From an uncultured virus (IMG/VR IMGVR_UViG_3300034062_002168) (taxonomy: Duplodnaviria; Heunggongvirae; Uroviricota; Caudoviricetes), in IMG/VR virus record IMGVR_UViG_3300034062_002168: a DNA stretch of 64,000 bases; one strand, given 5' to 3'. Of the stretch, positions 19,401-29,687 are shown one piece after another. How positions within the stretch are numbered: the first letter of the stretch is position 1; the number at the start of each line of letters is the position of its first letter. A model generated the notes under the pieces. It was given only the letters and a program-made list of their open reading frames with translations. It was not told where the DNA came from and ran no database searches. Position numbers and translations under genes: made by a program.

Positions 19401-21047
19401 TATTTGTCCAGTGTCGCTGGTAAATGTGCCAGATCCTCCGTTTGGGTTGTTGTATCTGCCCGTTTGTGGGGGGATGTTCCATCCATTTGTTGAGATGTTA
19501 GCGTCAACCGGAGAGATGGGAAGTAGCGATCTGTAAATGATACCCTGCCCGTCAAGTACGTTGATTGTGGATCCGAACTCCACCCGCTGCTTGCTGCCCT
19601 GAGTAACAGAATCATACGTGGGGGTTACTGGCTCTGATGACTGGCACTGGGTATTGGCCGCGTCAATGTTATCCGTTGAGTAGAAAATGCTGTCAGCGCC
19701 GAACGCACCGAGAGGACCCTTTACATCCCTACGGTTTGGGAACTGATAGTCTTCCAGCCCGGCGATAGGAACCACAGGCAGTTTTGCCGATTGGTTGTCC
19801 CACAACTGGATACCAAATCCATAGCGTTCGCCGCGCATGAACGACTGGTAGTAGGCGAGGTTGAACGGGTCATTGTGCCCAGAGTTGAACTCAATGCCAG
19901 ACTGATCCACGGTGGTTAGGCGCTGGGTGATCGGGATCATCGTTGCTCCGGTTGGGCCGGTGGCGAACGTAAGATCCGTGATCAGTGGGTTGGTCTGGTA
20001 GTTGGCGTACAGAAGGCGGTTGTCGGCCAACTCTACGCTTTTCGGGGCGTTGATGGTCTCCTGCTGGTTCGCTGCTTCGTCTGCCGGAATAAGCTCAGCG
20101 GGCACAACCCCGAATTCACCGGGGTCTTCGTAGCTGATGATGTTGAATTGTCCGGGGGTTATAGGAATACGACCAACCACCTCGTACTGGCCGGGGTTGG
20201 ATATACCCTGCCCGTCATTGAACCGCTGGCGGCACACCTCCACACTTTCGTAGCCTTGGGTGTTGTCGATGCGGAACTCCAGACGGATGCCGTACTGGGT
20301 TGGGGCCAGAAGGTCGGTCACTCCACCGGTAGTGCGACCACCGGGGTAGATGGTGTCGTAGGCTGAATCTTGTACACGGGGCACAGAGAAGGCCGGGGTT
20401 TCCGGGCCACGGTTCGTGCGGTCCCCTGCTGGCGTTACATAGCGAAGCGAGTAGATGTACTTGCCCGCTGGCAGTCCCTGAATACCAGATATCAGCCCAG
20501 AGAAACGAGGGAACTCTGCCGGTGTTGACAGGGCAACGGAGTTGAAGTCCGCGATGTAGTCGCCGAAGTACGTGGCCGACCCAGAGTTCAACTGCTCCAG
20601 CATGTCGTCCACGTCCCAGTACAATGGAGGTGACTGGTGGTCGGCTGGATAGATTACCCCACCGCGGCAGCGCGTCTCCACGGCTGCTTGTAGCGGGCGG
20701 TCGAAGGTGTACGGGATGTTGGGTGACTGGGCGGCCACAACGCCATCAATACGGACCAGTGGGTCGTACAGGTTGGCTTGGCTACTGGCCCAGAACTCGA
20801 CCACACGGCCATTGACCATCCAGCTACCGATGGACACATAGGTATCCTGACCAACGATGTTCGTGTTGTACAGAAGCTGCTCTCCACCGACAGCCTCTAC
20901 TGAACCGGTGGCACCTACTGTGGATGTCGGACGAACGTGGAACTGACTACGGGCATAGCCGTCAGGCAGCAACTCGGGAGCTATGTCCTTGTTCACGCCC
21001 TTGCCGAGCATCTTGCGGAACCAAGACGAGAGGGAGAACTTTGCCAT
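16479..21047 (-). CDS. Large tail tubular/stabilisation ('muzzle'-like) protein
   Basis: 1522 aa, beta-rich; GVNKDIAPELLP N-terminus, NRLLYANY and SFMRGERYGFGI resemble crAss-like stabilisation proteins; synteny. Confidence 0.65.
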   Translation of the reverse strand: MAKFSLSSWFRKMLGKGVNKDIAPELLPDGYARSQFHVRPTSTVGATGSVEAVGGEQLLYNTNIVGQDTYVSIGSWMVNGRVVEFWASSQANLYDPLVRIDGVVAAQSPNIPYTFDRPLQAAVETRCRGGVIYPADHQSPPLYWDVDDMLEQLNSGSATYFGDYIADFNSVALSTPAEFPRFSGLISGIQGLPAGKYIYSLRYVTPAGDRTNRGPETPAFSVPRVQDSAYDTIYPGGRTTGGVTDLLAPTQYGIRLEFRIDNTQGYESVEVCRQRFNDGQGISNPGQYEVVGRIPITPGQFNIISYEDPGEFGVVPAELIPADEAANQQETINAPKSVELADNRLLYANYQTNPLITDLTFATGPTGATMIPITQRLTTVDQSGIEFNSGHNDPFNLAYYQSFMRGERYGFGIQLWDNQSAKLPVVPIAGLEDYQFPNRRDVKGPLGAFGADSIFYSTDNIDAANTQCQSSEPVTPTYDSVTQGSKQRVEFGSTINVLDGQGIIYRSLLPISPVDANISTNGWNIPPQTGRYNNPNGGSGTFTSDTGQIFDQRHHALGGLLYGISGIPSNVKAITLARTQPANRVVAQGFGFWDMRNGTADEGFRMQRSANSLRVHFPDIDAGLVSQATIDDIQENPDSYRVQLVSYFGFYQDVYGYAPLTFIPNSENIGKAADMLMYASVQHDEGQVNVFAPADGYTRGPNSDSPLSWNYIGPGKWRNPNFYGQASQLPFNTSPDQGNVLYNISDFQEVLEGRGSYWRLQTGQFIYTSDSQNTDGAIGLNSDEIRRFQQPVYTVNIVRIGAEVPDQTTQLYVNTGTTIKMASTVGVMPAGSPQVVNFRLLNERLEDVRPYVLGTTVDSLRYLWVKEPGLPERAWVNMTNTTIVDQGDVIDAIIANGFWLSPDGTQVYGVYQVVSDQLLQFGMEFSSGVGYSILLGSFSAPGGVLPPEGTRFTVKFCGKNIRVFGGDCTISKQVYSPYDGFFNEPASSVRLFGVPPPMPMWGIIRSNNYNLPYGTFGGGSVLNEQRDVFQFRNFRQLAVMWDAETRVNSVMNLFSPREGVDHIHTNYIIRPFYNTSLSSGAANGFYPQFDTEYTNLLGYNVAEEFHYGGIQFRRNSPTNAPYNYDYSKQPNVTFVGLPEVGYEDRSDLCNAIAASNEVDPAAQDQPGLRTFLSANIKLLSQENGEIKVIASALGEKAGRNMYAWTEKGVSRILTNKNILSGASGEQISTQEISNYWGDEMVLTSNIGLPDQMWRMFAKAYAPIGSGYADSFFWMDRKGVYRMTNDNIVDISRDRYLSALTETLQNFPTDYSLNVGSLYNTKDNEVWFGISEQSIAPDPPVIPAPIVIPPRLFVYNALRNEWIDQFAFQFDTYLANDQQLYGFRDLQTYNLDVGSTINGLTREAKVMVPFFGDIGRFKQHLRWRITPSGALADAKPDEIRIYDESMNLLSIQNEALAAAVNPAEAQYWVLWYDGWEQHTACSPASIDPQERPPQSHGFFVELIWRTEGYKSLLAVSSQLQNIH

Positions 21048-21799
21048 TACTGCGTATGTCCGAAGCGAAAGTTATATCCAGTGGTGTCGTAGCGAGTCTT
21101 CTTATCCATCTCCTTGTAGCGGCGAGATGCCATCATCCACGATCCGCGAGGGCTTTTCAGTTCAGACTCCTTGCGCTGGATCACTCGATTCAAATGCTGT
21201 GGGTCGCCACGCTCAAGGGCAAGGGCGGCCTTATGGATAACGTAATCGGTCAGGGCTTCGCGCAGCCACATAGGAACTTGGAAGTCCTCTCCGAAGCAGT
21301 CCATTCCAAGTCCAACGTATGGGATGACCACATGACCCCATCGTTCGCGGCATGATGGGGATAGGTACAACTTTCCATCGCGCTCACCAGCGAAGTACAG
21401 GTGATGAGGAGGCGTCTCGTTCCACTTGAATGAGTACTGGAGGGCATCGTGGTTCAGGCCCTTGTTCTGCGCAAAATAGCCCTCGCCACCCATGTGGAAC
21501 ATATTGGGCTTGATGAATAACAGGGACGACGATGTGATGTTGCACCCATCCATCTTGGCCACGTATGCCTGATCCATGGAGGTCATGTCATCGGGCATTT
21601 CAAGGATAAGGCTTTCGGGGATCTCGGCGGTGAACAGCTTCTTGTGGAAGTTGGTCAGGTAGTTCATATCGGTCAATCCGCGCTGGGCTGACGATACAAA
21701 GAACGGCTTGCCCAGTGCCCCAAACTCCAGAAGACCAAGCTCCTGCGCTGCTGCGGTAATGATCTCGTCGAGGGAGATAAATGCGTTACCTGCTGGCAT
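21047..21799 (-). CDS. Probable tail ring/adaptor protein
   Basis: 250 aa; one of three similar-sized genes between the capsid and tail genes. Confidence 0.55.
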   Translation of the reverse strand: MPAGNAFISLDEIITAAAQELGLLEFGALGKPFFVSSAQRGLTDMNYLTNFHKKLFTAEIPESLILEMPDDMTSMDQAYVAKMDGCNITSSSLLFIKPNMFHMGGEGYFAQNKGLNHDALQYSFKWNETPPHHLYFAGERDGKLYLSPSCRERWGHVVIPYVGLGMDCFGEDFQVPMWLREALTDYVIHKAALALERGDPQHLNRVIQRKESELKSPRGSWMMASRRYKEMDKKTRYDTTGYNFRFGHTQ

Positions 21800-22551
21800 T
21801 AGGCGTCAGCTTGTGATGGGTGATTGACTGAGATGATCGGGCTGGTGCGGACGACTTCTCCGGGTTCAAAGTCACGACCGTCATTCTTCAACCTCTCCTG
21901 CGGGATCTGCAAGCTCCAAGCCTCCATCTCCATCACCATCTTCTTCAGGGTGTGGAGCTTGTCGTCGGGCAGGTTGATGTCGTCGTCAAGGCTCATGGTC
22001 ATGAAATCCGCAGATGCATAAATGCCGATTAGCAGGTTCTTCACCTTATCGCGGATCCCGAACAGGTACACACGGTCCCTATTGCCAGCCTTAGCCCGTG
22101 CATAGTACGGCTGCTTGGGTGATGGAACTTGGTAGGCCGAACCATAGATGGCGTTCAGAGAAGCCAGCGTGGTCCCGGTGAAAGGCGTGCGAGATACAGC
22201 AGGAGGGCACTCCATCGGAATGTCATTGCGCAGGTACCGGATGAAGTTAATACCACTGTCGTATGCCGAACCGATGACAGGGAACGGAAGATCAAAGTAC
22301 ACGGCGTCGAAGTCTGTTACTACGTCGTCATCCACATCGTTCCAAGTAACGGGTACGATAGCGGTGATCAGAATGTCGCTGGATGACCGTGGGTCGTTGC
22401 GCTGTGCATCTCCTGCAAGGATCTGCTTGGCCAGCTTGTCGCGGACCAGCTTTACATTGTAGGCGATCTGGTTGCGCTTGCGCAGGGCATCATCGTGGGT
22501 GAATCCCATCGCGATGGCCACGTCATCAGCTATCTGTGCATACGTTGGCAT
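21799..22551 (-). CDS. Probable tail ring/adaptor protein
   Basis: 250 aa; own promoter box TACCTTCG at 22559-22566; synteny. Confidence 0.55.
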   Translation of the reverse strand: MPTYAQIADDVAIAMGFTHDDALRKRNQIAYNVKLVRDKLAKQILAGDAQRNDPRSSSDILITAIVPVTWNDVDDDVVTDFDAVYFDLPFPVIGSAYDSGINFIRYLRNDIPMECPPAVSRTPFTGTTLASLNAIYGSAYQVPSPKQPYYARAKAGNRDRVYLFGIRDKVKNLLIGIYASADFMTMSLDDDINLPDDKLHTLKKMVMEMEAWSLQIPQERLKNDGRDFEPGEVVRTSPIISVNHPSQADA

Positions 22552-22593
22552 GTGCCAGCGAAGGTACGCACTAATTGGATGATAGCCAGATGG

Positions 22594-23358
22594 TTAGGCA
22601 ATGAACCCAAACAACTGAGCTGCGTCCTTCTCGGACGACTGGTACAGGGTCGGGCTTCCGTCCTGCGGGAGGGAGATGGTATTGGCCGCCCATTCAACCA
22701 AGGTCTGGATGAAGGACTGAGGGAAGTCTGTGGTGCCCGAAGGACCAGTAAATTCCTGTGGTTTTTTCAGGTAGGAAATGGCGATCAACTGCTGGCTGGT
22801 GGCCGATTGTGGCAACACGCGCAGTTCTTGTCCTCCCGTGGTAAATCCCAAGCTACTCGCATCTCCAATGATGTAGTAAGAGAATGTTACTCGGTCGGTG
22901 TTCCCGGCAAGTATTTCGTTGCCATTTCGCAGGAAGTTGGTCCTGATCATTGGCACCTCCTCGACCGTCACACGTTCCACGGGGTCTCCCGTTCCACTGA
23001 AGGCTAGGTCGTCTCGGTACTGGCTAACGCTTGGATCCAGAGGCAAAATGGTTGCGGGCTGTACGGTAAGTGGACGGGCGTAAACTCCAAGAACATTCCA
23101 AATGGAGTGGCCGAGAGTGGGATCCCCAAGCGAGACCCCACCCTGACCGTTTGTTTGGAACACCCGTAGAAGGGTCAACTCCCGAAGAGCCTCCTCGGGT
23201 CCTTTTCTGTTGGCCATGGCCCAGCCAAGAGCGGCTGTGGCCTTACGGATGGCCGTGTTGAATGCCTCTACGCGAACCGTTGGCCGGTACCTGTCGCTGA
23301 ACTGGTCGTCCAGTTTGACAGATAGCGGTCCATTGAGTTCGGCGTAGGTGATGGGCAT
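22594..23358 (-). CDS. Probable tail ring/adaptor protein
   Basis: 254 aa; ISYLKKP motif near the C-terminus; synteny. Confidence 0.55.
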   Translation of the reverse strand: MPITYAELNGPLSVKLDDQFSDRYRPTVRVEAFNTAIRKATAALGWAMANRKGPEEALRELTLLRVFQTNGQGGVSLGDPTLGHSIWNVLGVYARPLTVQPATILPLDPSVSQYRDDLAFSGTGDPVERVTVEEVPMIRTNFLRNGNEILAGNTDRVTFSYYIIGDASSLGFTTGGQELRVLPQSATSQQLIAISYLKKPQEFTGPSGTTDFPQSFIQTLVEWAANTISLPQDGSPTLYQSSEKDAAQLFGFIA

Positions 23359-24155
23359 TACTGGGTGTCGTTAATGGTAAGCAGGGCTTCCTTGCCCACG
23401 GAGGACATGATGCTATGTACCTGCGCCTTGTGCTTTGCCAGATCGTGCTCGGCCAGCTTCTCGGCCAGCACGGTGCGCAATGTGGACAAAGACATGGTGT
23501 GGTTCATCTTGACGCCAAGCTGCGACCCAAGGGAGTACAGGTCGGGGGCCATGGTGTTGGACAGGGCCGCGAACTGCTTGGCGAAGAACTCCGCGTAGCG
23601 AACCTGTTCGGATGTAACGTCAGCCTCCTTCTCGCTCAGGAAGAACTTCTTGCCGAACATTTCATGGGTTTCCATGTACGACTGCACTCGCTTGTTGGCG
23701 GTAGCGTAGACGGACATGTACTTGGTCTGCCATTGATTCCCTACCAAAACAGCCTGACCTCGGTCAAGCTCGAACTTTACCTTGCCGTATGGTGGCTTAA
23801 CAGTACGACCGGCCACACGCTTTGCTGGAAGGATCCAGAAAAAAGTGGGGGTATAGTAAAAGCGCATCTCTCCAACTTCCGCTGGATCTGGATCCTCGTA
23901 GGTTTCCTCCCCGTCGGCACCGTCTTGGGTGCGGTTTGACTTGGCGACACTCTCTCCAATAACCTTACCCAGCTTTAGCAGGGTGTCTTCGGAAATGCCT
24001 CCAGATGCCGTGGTTGGCTCTGATTCATCTAACTCGTCAATGGCCATCTCCAGCATCTCATACGTGATGTCATCATCGTACTTGATTCCGAGGCGGTCTG
24101 CCTTCTTCTTGAGTTTGCCCATCCGGGCCTTTGCTGCATTGTCTGCGGTCGCCAT
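23358..24155 (-). CDS. Hypothetical protein downstream of the capsid gene
   Basis: 265-aa ORF, coupled to the next gene. Confidence 0.7.
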   Translation of the reverse strand: MATADNAAKARMGKLKKKADRLGIKYDDDITYEMLEMAIDELDESEPTTASGGISEDTLLKLGKVIGESVAKSNRTQDGADGEETYEDPDPAEVGEMRFYYTPTFFWILPAKRVAGRTVKPPYGKVKFELDRGQAVLVGNQWQTKYMSVYATANKRVQSYMETHEMFGKKFFLSEKEADVTSEQVRYAEFFAKQFAALSNTMAPDLYSLGSQLGVKMNHTMSLSTLRTVLAEKLAEHDLAKHKAQVHSIMSSVGKEALLTINDTQ

Positions 24156-24194
24156 AGTGTATGGTGGTTGTTTCGTATTGACTCAGTGTGAGAT

Positions 24195-24230
24195 GGCATT
24201 GCCCCGAGCCGTATTGCTCGGGGCTTTGCC
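24195..24230 (-). terminator. Stem-loop after the major capsid gene (mRNA stabiliser or partial terminator)
   Basis: GCCCCGAGC-cgtatt-GCTCGGGGC; no U-tract on the minus strand. Confidence 0.5.
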
Positions 24231-24252
24231 TGTTCGTGATTGTTAGAAGGGC

Positions 24253-25560
24253 TTACGCCACATCCACAATAAAATTCTGTGCGGCGTTCTTCAGCTCAGT
24301 GCCAACCATGCCCTCAACAGTGTACCGCTCAAAATCATAGATTTCGAATGGCGTAATATTGCTGCGGCTCTGGCTGACCTTCACTTCCTGCTGCAACATC
24401 GGTACGCCACGCATGGTTGCGAGACTCACGTTCTGCTTCTGCAACACCACGAGACGCTTGCTGTACTCGGGTGGGAAGGATGCGGGATCGTTCCAGATCT
24501 GGGTCGGAACCAAGGTCAGGGTCTGACCGCCAAAACGCCACGTCTCGAAGTCCATCGAGCTGGAGGTGTCACCGGCTTCGTAACGGACCAGTTCGCCCTT
24601 CTGCTTGACGTTGATGGCGTGCAGCATCTCGGGGGTGCCGAACACTACGCGCTCGTTGCTCACGGGACCGAAGTTCGTGGCGAAGATACCCGTGGTGATG
24701 TCGTCCCACACCGTGCTCATGGTGGAGTTCAGCGTAGCTCCGCCGTTGTTCTGGATGGCTGGAACGATACCCTCGGTGTTCTTGCCGATGGCGCCCTGAA
24801 GGCCGATGCTCTCGCCGTACTTGCCGATCCAGATACGCTGGCACAGGCTGACCTTCAACTGCGTCAACATGGTCTGCATGTCGCGCTCGATGAAGTTGGT
24901 CTGGCTCTGGTTCTTCCACTTGATACGCTCCTTGTGGTTCCACAGCTTCTGCTCGGGGCCGATGGCTTCGATCAGGTTGGTGCGCTGAACCGTCTGGAGG
25001 CGGGTGGGCTGGGTGAAGGTGCTCTGACCATCTGCTCCGAAGGTCATACCGTTGGTCAGGCTAGAGCCGGATGCCGCAGGGGGCAGAGGCTGGCTGGTCT
25101 GGGAACGGACGTTGATCAATTCTGCTCCACCGGTGCTGTCAACACTTACCACGATCACGCTGGCGTATACGCCGTTGGATCCACGGTAGTACAACTGCTG
25201 GCCGGGGTAAACGGCGTTCAGGGTGGCGGCGGTGATGGGGATGTTGCCCGTCACCTGAGTGCCTGCGCTGGCGGCAACGCCTGCGAAGGATGCACGGGTA
25301 ACGATCGGGCTACGGCTCCATACGTCCTCGTGCCAGATCAGTTCGTCACCGGGAACCTCCTTGCTGGAGAAGGCCATCAGGTACTGAAGGTCCAAGAACT
25401 GCTGTGGCTGGGCGTCAAAGATGACGGGATCAACCGGAAGGTAAAGGTGGTTGGTTACGCCACGGCTGTATGCGGCTGCATACGGGGACCCGGGGGCGTT
25501 GGTGTTCTGTAAGCCGTAGGGTGCGTTGTTGACGTTCTCTACGTAAGTATTCTGCGACAT
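24253..25560 (-). CDS. Major capsid protein
   Basis: 435 aa following portal and scaffold; strongly biased codons; downstream stem-loop; C-terminal YTVEGMVGTELKN resembles HK97-fold capsid ends. Confidence 0.8.
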   Translation of the reverse strand: MSQNTYVENVNNAPYGLQNTNAPGSPYAAAYSRGVTNHLYLPVDPVIFDAQPQQFLDLQYLMAFSSKEVPGDELIWHEDVWSRSPIVTRASFAGVAASAGTQVTGNIPITAATLNAVYPGQQLYYRGSNGVYASVIVVSVDSTGGAELINVRSQTSQPLPPAASGSSLTNGMTFGADGQSTFTQPTRLQTVQRTNLIEAIGPEQKLWNHKERIKWKNQSQTNFIERDMQTMLTQLKVSLCQRIWIGKYGESIGLQGAIGKNTEGIVPAIQNNGGATLNSTMSTVWDDITTGIFATNFGPVSNERVVFGTPEMLHAINVKQKGELVRYEAGDTSSSMDFETWRFGGQTLTLVPTQIWNDPASFPPEYSKRLVVLQKQNVSLATMRGVPMLQQEVKVSQSRSNITPFEIYDFERYTVEGMVGTELKNAAQNFIVDVA

Positions 25561-25581
25561 TCTGTTGTCTTTGGTTGTTGG

Positions 25582-26721
25582 TTATCGGGCTGATAGGGCG
25601 CGTGCCATCAACGCCTTCACGGAGTCATCCGCTGTGGTGTTGACCGGCATGTCGCCCGGTGATCGCCGAGGAAGGGTGCCTACGCCCGGCTGGCGTGAAG
25701 TCGTTTCGAGAAGGGCCTCCTGCTTGCCCCGCGCATATCCTCTCGCATCTGCTGCCTTCACTGCGGGATCGAAGTGAATAGCCTTCAGATACAGGGCTGC
25801 GGCTTCGGGGGTCGGCGTCATCCGATCCTCTTGTACGAACCTCGATAGGAACGATCCGCTCTGGATTGCCTCGGTGGCGCCTTGGTCGAGGAATCCCTTG
25901 AGGGGAGAGTTCTTTACGTTTGCGATGGCCGATGCAACACCTTGGTTGTATCGGTCATACGATTCTTGTTGGAGCCTTGCTTCCTGCGTCTGGAGTTCTG
26001 CCTGAGAGCTAAGGTCTTTGATGTACTTGTCGGCGGCCGCCTCTCGCAGGATTCCGATGCGAGTTTTGAGAGCATCGACCAGATCCTCATCGTCGGCCTC
26101 GGGGTCGTTGACCATCTCCCACTGATCTGGACTGATCTTTCCCTTGAAGTAGGTATCAATCAAATCCCTGTCGCTCAGTTTTTCAACCGGCGTGTTGGAC
26201 AGGATCTTTTCCGGAGTTGAGGCAATGTGCTCCTTCGCCTCCTTGTACTTGCCAGCCATGGCCAGCTTAATACTATTCAGGACGGCCGGAGGAAGATCAT
26301 TGAACTGGTCAACGAACGGCTTAACCTTTTCATACTCCGCTTTAAGAAGTTCGGCCTGCTCCAGCCGAGTAGAAATGGCCGAAGGGTCGTCCGTTCCGAA
26401 TGTGGAATTAAATACGGCCTTGGCCTCAGGCGTCCACACTACAGCGGCTGCTGTCGAACCCATTGAGTCCAACAGGGAGTCGTAAGAGCTCGGCGCCGAA
26501 GATTCGGGCGCATGGTTCGCTGAAGTATTGGCAGCCGCCGGAACAGTTTCTGCCGGTGGCTTTTTTGAAGCCTCGGTTACTTGTTCTACGGGTGCGGGTT
26601 GCTGAGTGGCAGGCGCTGCCTCTCGCGCCACAGTGCGTGACTGTGGCTGAAATACAGACATGATAGCATCACGCTGTACGTCATTCGGTGTACTAATCAC
26701 CTGAGTGTCAGGAGTTTCCAT
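25582..26721 (-). CDS. Probable capsid scaffolding protein
   Basis: 379 aa, disordered acidic N-terminus then helices; between portal and capsid; promoter box TACATTTG at 26727-26734. Confidence 0.65.
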   Translation of the reverse strand: METPDTQVISTPNDVQRDAIMSVFQPQSRTVAREAAPATQQPAPVEQVTEASKKPPAETVPAAANTSANHAPESSAPSSYDSLLDSMGSTAAAVVWTPEAKAVFNSTFGTDDPSAISTRLEQAELLKAEYEKVKPFVDQFNDLPPAVLNSIKLAMAGKYKEAKEHIASTPEKILSNTPVEKLSDRDLIDTYFKGKISPDQWEMVNDPEADDEDLVDALKTRIGILREAAADKYIKDLSSQAELQTQEARLQQESYDRYNQGVASAIANVKNSPLKGFLDQGATEAIQSGSFLSRFVQEDRMTPTPEAAALYLKAIHFDPAVKAADARGYARGKQEALLETTSRQPGVGTLPRRSPGDMPVNTTADDSVKALMARALSAR

Positions 26722-26771
26722 GGGAGCAAATGTACTAAGTAGTTATGACAACGCACACAACTTGTTGATTT

Positions 26772-29120
26772 TTAGCGAGTTGCGCCCATTGCCGCTTCGG
26801 TCATTGCGTCTGGTTTATTCCATTCTGCGGCCGCCTGAGCCTCGGGCTGCATGAGCTTCTGCTGGAGTTGGGACATCTTCAGCTCTCTATTGGTGTCCTG
26901 ATTGGCAATATCCGCCTCCTCGTCACGAATAGCCGCCTGCTCCATGGCCATCTGCTGCTGCATCGCCGCCTGCTCCTGAGCGGCCGCCTGCTCCTGAGCA
27001 GCTTGCGCTGACTGCTGAGTGAACTTCCTAGCGGCCGCGTACACGTCCTCTGGGATTGATCGACCCATAAGCTGTGCTGCCGTAATGGGGTCAAGCATGC
27101 CTAGCTGCATAAGTCCCGGAATGGTCTGCTGGTCGGTAATTGTGCGAAGCTGCTGTCCGTCTGGAGAGAGCTCGATCTTCACGCGAAACTGCTCTACCTG
27201 CATGTCCTTGCTGGCAATCAATGCCTCCATATCCTCCTCCCCTACCATTTGTCGCAGGATCCACGGGTGGCGTGAGTAGAACTCCTTGCCTCCCTGTGCG
27301 TACAGTTGATTCTCTTGGCGGAACAGGTCAGCGATTGAGGCATAGAACGGCTGCTGCATCACACCGGCCTGCTGAAGTTGAAGTTGCAGCGTTCCGACCA
27401 ACTGATCCTGACCCTGTGGTGATCCGTAATTGCTCTCGTACACACCAACAGAGCTTTCCATAATGGACTTTGCCTGTGGAATGAGGCTTACCATGTTGAA
27501 GATGGCTGGGCCGGGCGACTCGTCGATAGAGTAGGATGACTGAGGCAAACCACCGAGCACGCTTCCGCTTAGGAACAGCGTGTCGCCCTCCTTTATCTTC
27601 ATGGCGACCTCCTGCTCACTCATGTTAGAGTCTGCAATCGCCTCCTTGGCAATGATGGTGGACTTTCCACCGGCCTTGCGCAACCTCCACGCAACGTCCG
27701 ATGTGATCTGGTTCATCCACCTTTGTGGATCGCGGGCTGCGGTCAATGGTGCAACTACATGCCCACCCATGTACCGCCATGTGGAAATTTTGATAGGCAA
27801 GTGTACCGAGTACACGTCATCGGGGTCGGCCTCTTGGATTGGGACAATGCCGTGGTCAAGAACGATGTCACCAATAACACCAACGTCCGGCAGGCTGTGG
27901 TTTGGTGGCTGTGGAGCTCGATTGGCCTTCCCGTATCCAACGCCTTTGGTGTATCCGCCGGGCAGGTACTCCCAAGGAATAATGGAACAATAACGAGCCA
28001 CCTGAATAGTCTTGGTCTGCTTCTTCTCGCGGCGCTCTGTGTCGGTCCAAGCGTCCGTGTAGATGTTCTTCGGAGGATCGACCAGATCCGCGTCAGTGAA
28101 GTCTGGCTTGCCGGTGTCTGGATTTACCTCGTTAATGGTGCAGAACTCCAACTCTCCATCACGCATGACAAAGCCGCGCTCAACCTTCTTGAAGTCCTTC
28201 CAGTACATGGTGAACACACGCGGGCGGGACTGGGGCCACCCGGCTTGGAAGTTTTGACCACTTGGCAGCACACGAGCCCACTTGTCCAAGGCTTCGATGA
28301 CACCCTTGGCCGGGTTCCAGCGTTCAGCGATCTCTCCCACGTCCATAAGTGGGCAGGTATACACAAACTGGCCATCGGACATATCGGGCTCCATGGCCGA
28401 GGTGTCCCATCCAACCTCACGAGGTTCTATCAGTCGGCTCTCAATGTTGGATCCGTTGATGAAATTGTGGAAAGCGGCCATACCAGACAGGGCCATGTTC
28501 TCTGCAACCTTTCGCTTGGTCGTTGGCAGCTTGTTGCGCAACGACATCATCGACATCAGGCTATTGATACCACGCTTAAAGTGGTCCTGATAATTCATCT
28601 CGAAGATACTCTCGGTCTTCTGCTCGTTGGGACTAATGCCCATGCCTTCAAATGCAGCAGCCATGTCAGGTCCTGCTTGAGCAGCGCGGGACATGATCAT
28701 TACTCGGAGCAGGGCGTCTTCCTTGCGGGTGGCAGAGAAGTGCTGGGTGGCGGACTCTGCCATCGCAGAGATGGAGATGTTATCTACAGCACCGACCATT
28801 CGAGTGAGCATCGGACCCATCATGGGCACCTTGAACGGTATGCGGCTGGTCTGCGAAGGGCCGTCTCCTAGGAACATCTGAACGTCAGCCTCCTCCCCCC
28901 AGCGTGAGTCGATGGAGTACTCCATGTTCGCAACGTAGTTGTTGCGGTAGTAGTTGATCCACTCAGACTGTTGGCGGGAAAGAAAGTACCGGGTCCATGC
29001 ACTGGCGTAAGCGGCACCCTTTTCTGATTCAGGGATGGTCATGCTTGGCGGCTGGTAGTATGCCACCGGGATCCACTGCCAAGGCTTTGATCCCCTGTTA
29101 TTGACGCTTACTTGCTCCAT
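26772..29120 (-). CDS. Portal protein
   Basis: 782 aa downstream of terminase; Gln/Ala-rich coiled C-terminus as in P22-like portals. Confidence 0.8.
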   Translation of the reverse strand: MEQVSVNNRGSKPWQWIPVAYYQPPSMTIPESEKGAAYASAWTRYFLSRQQSEWINYYRNNYVANMEYSIDSRWGEEADVQMFLGDGPSQTSRIPFKVPMMGPMLTRMVGAVDNISISAMAESATQHFSATRKEDALLRVMIMSRAAQAGPDMAAAFEGMGISPNEQKTESIFEMNYQDHFKRGINSLMSMMSLRNKLPTTKRKVAENMALSGMAAFHNFINGSNIESRLIEPREVGWDTSAMEPDMSDGQFVYTCPLMDVGEIAERWNPAKGVIEALDKWARVLPSGQNFQAGWPQSRPRVFTMYWKDFKKVERGFVMRDGELEFCTINEVNPDTGKPDFTDADLVDPPKNIYTDAWTDTERREKKQTKTIQVARYCSIIPWEYLPGGYTKGVGYGKANRAPQPPNHSLPDVGVIGDIVLDHGIVPIQEADPDDVYSVHLPIKISTWRYMGGHVVAPLTAARDPQRWMNQITSDVAWRLRKAGGKSTIIAKEAIADSNMSEQEVAMKIKEGDTLFLSGSVLGGLPQSSYSIDESPGPAIFNMVSLIPQAKSIMESSVGVYESNYGSPQGQDQLVGTLQLQLQQAGVMQQPFYASIADLFRQENQLYAQGGKEFYSRHPWILRQMVGEEDMEALIASKDMQVEQFRVKIELSPDGQQLRTITDQQTIPGLMQLGMLDPITAAQLMGRSIPEDVYAAARKFTQQSAQAAQEQAAAQEQAAMQQQMAMEQAAIRDEEADIANQDTNRELKMSQLQQKLMQPEAQAAAEWNKPDAMTEAAMGATR

Positions 29121-29687
29121 CTATCGCTTTGTTTGTCGGAACTGACGAAGCGTTCCATCGGCTTCGTCAAGGATTGTTTCTTCGTAGAGCGACACGCCGA
29201 ATGACCCGCGCTCCAATGTCTTGGTGGTTTCGTCCAGCAACTTCCACAGCTTAGGTGCCCGGGTAGCCCAAGCATCCTTCTGGTCGGAGTCCATGGTCGA
29301 TGTGTCTTCACTGAGCATGGCCTTGCAGTTTTCCCTAACCGTCCTTGTCTGGAGGTAGTTATCAACCCTAGCCTCTGTGTTGAAGGACTCCATCCGCTTG
29401 ATCGCCCCCTTGATGTTCTCTGGCATGCGGTCGCGGAACTCCATAAGTTTGGCCGACCGCTGCTGGCTGGATGGGTATGAGATATGCACAGCCTCTGCCA
29501 TGCGCTCGTCATCTGGCTTCTCGATGATCGGGGAGCACAGGCATGCATACCACCACACGAACATCACATCGTGCATCTTGATGACGTGTGACTTGAACTC
29601 TGGATAGTCCATGAGTTCTGGGTACTGAACACGAAGGTCCTTGATACTCTTCGGTGCGAAGATGAGGTATCGGTAATCGTTGCTCAT
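29121..29687 (-). CDS. Hypothetical protein between terminase and portal
   Basis: 188 aa, ATGA overlap with the terminase stop. Confidence 0.7.
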   Translation of the reverse strand: MSNDYRYLIFAPKSIKDLRVQYPELMDYPEFKSHVIKMHDVMFVWWYACLCSPIIEKPDDERMAEAVHISYPSSQQRSAKLMEFRDRMPENIKGAIKRMESFNTEARVDNYLQTRTVRENCKAMLSEDTSTMDSDQKDAWATRAPKLWKLLDETTKTLERGSFGVSLYEETILDEADGTLRQFRQTKR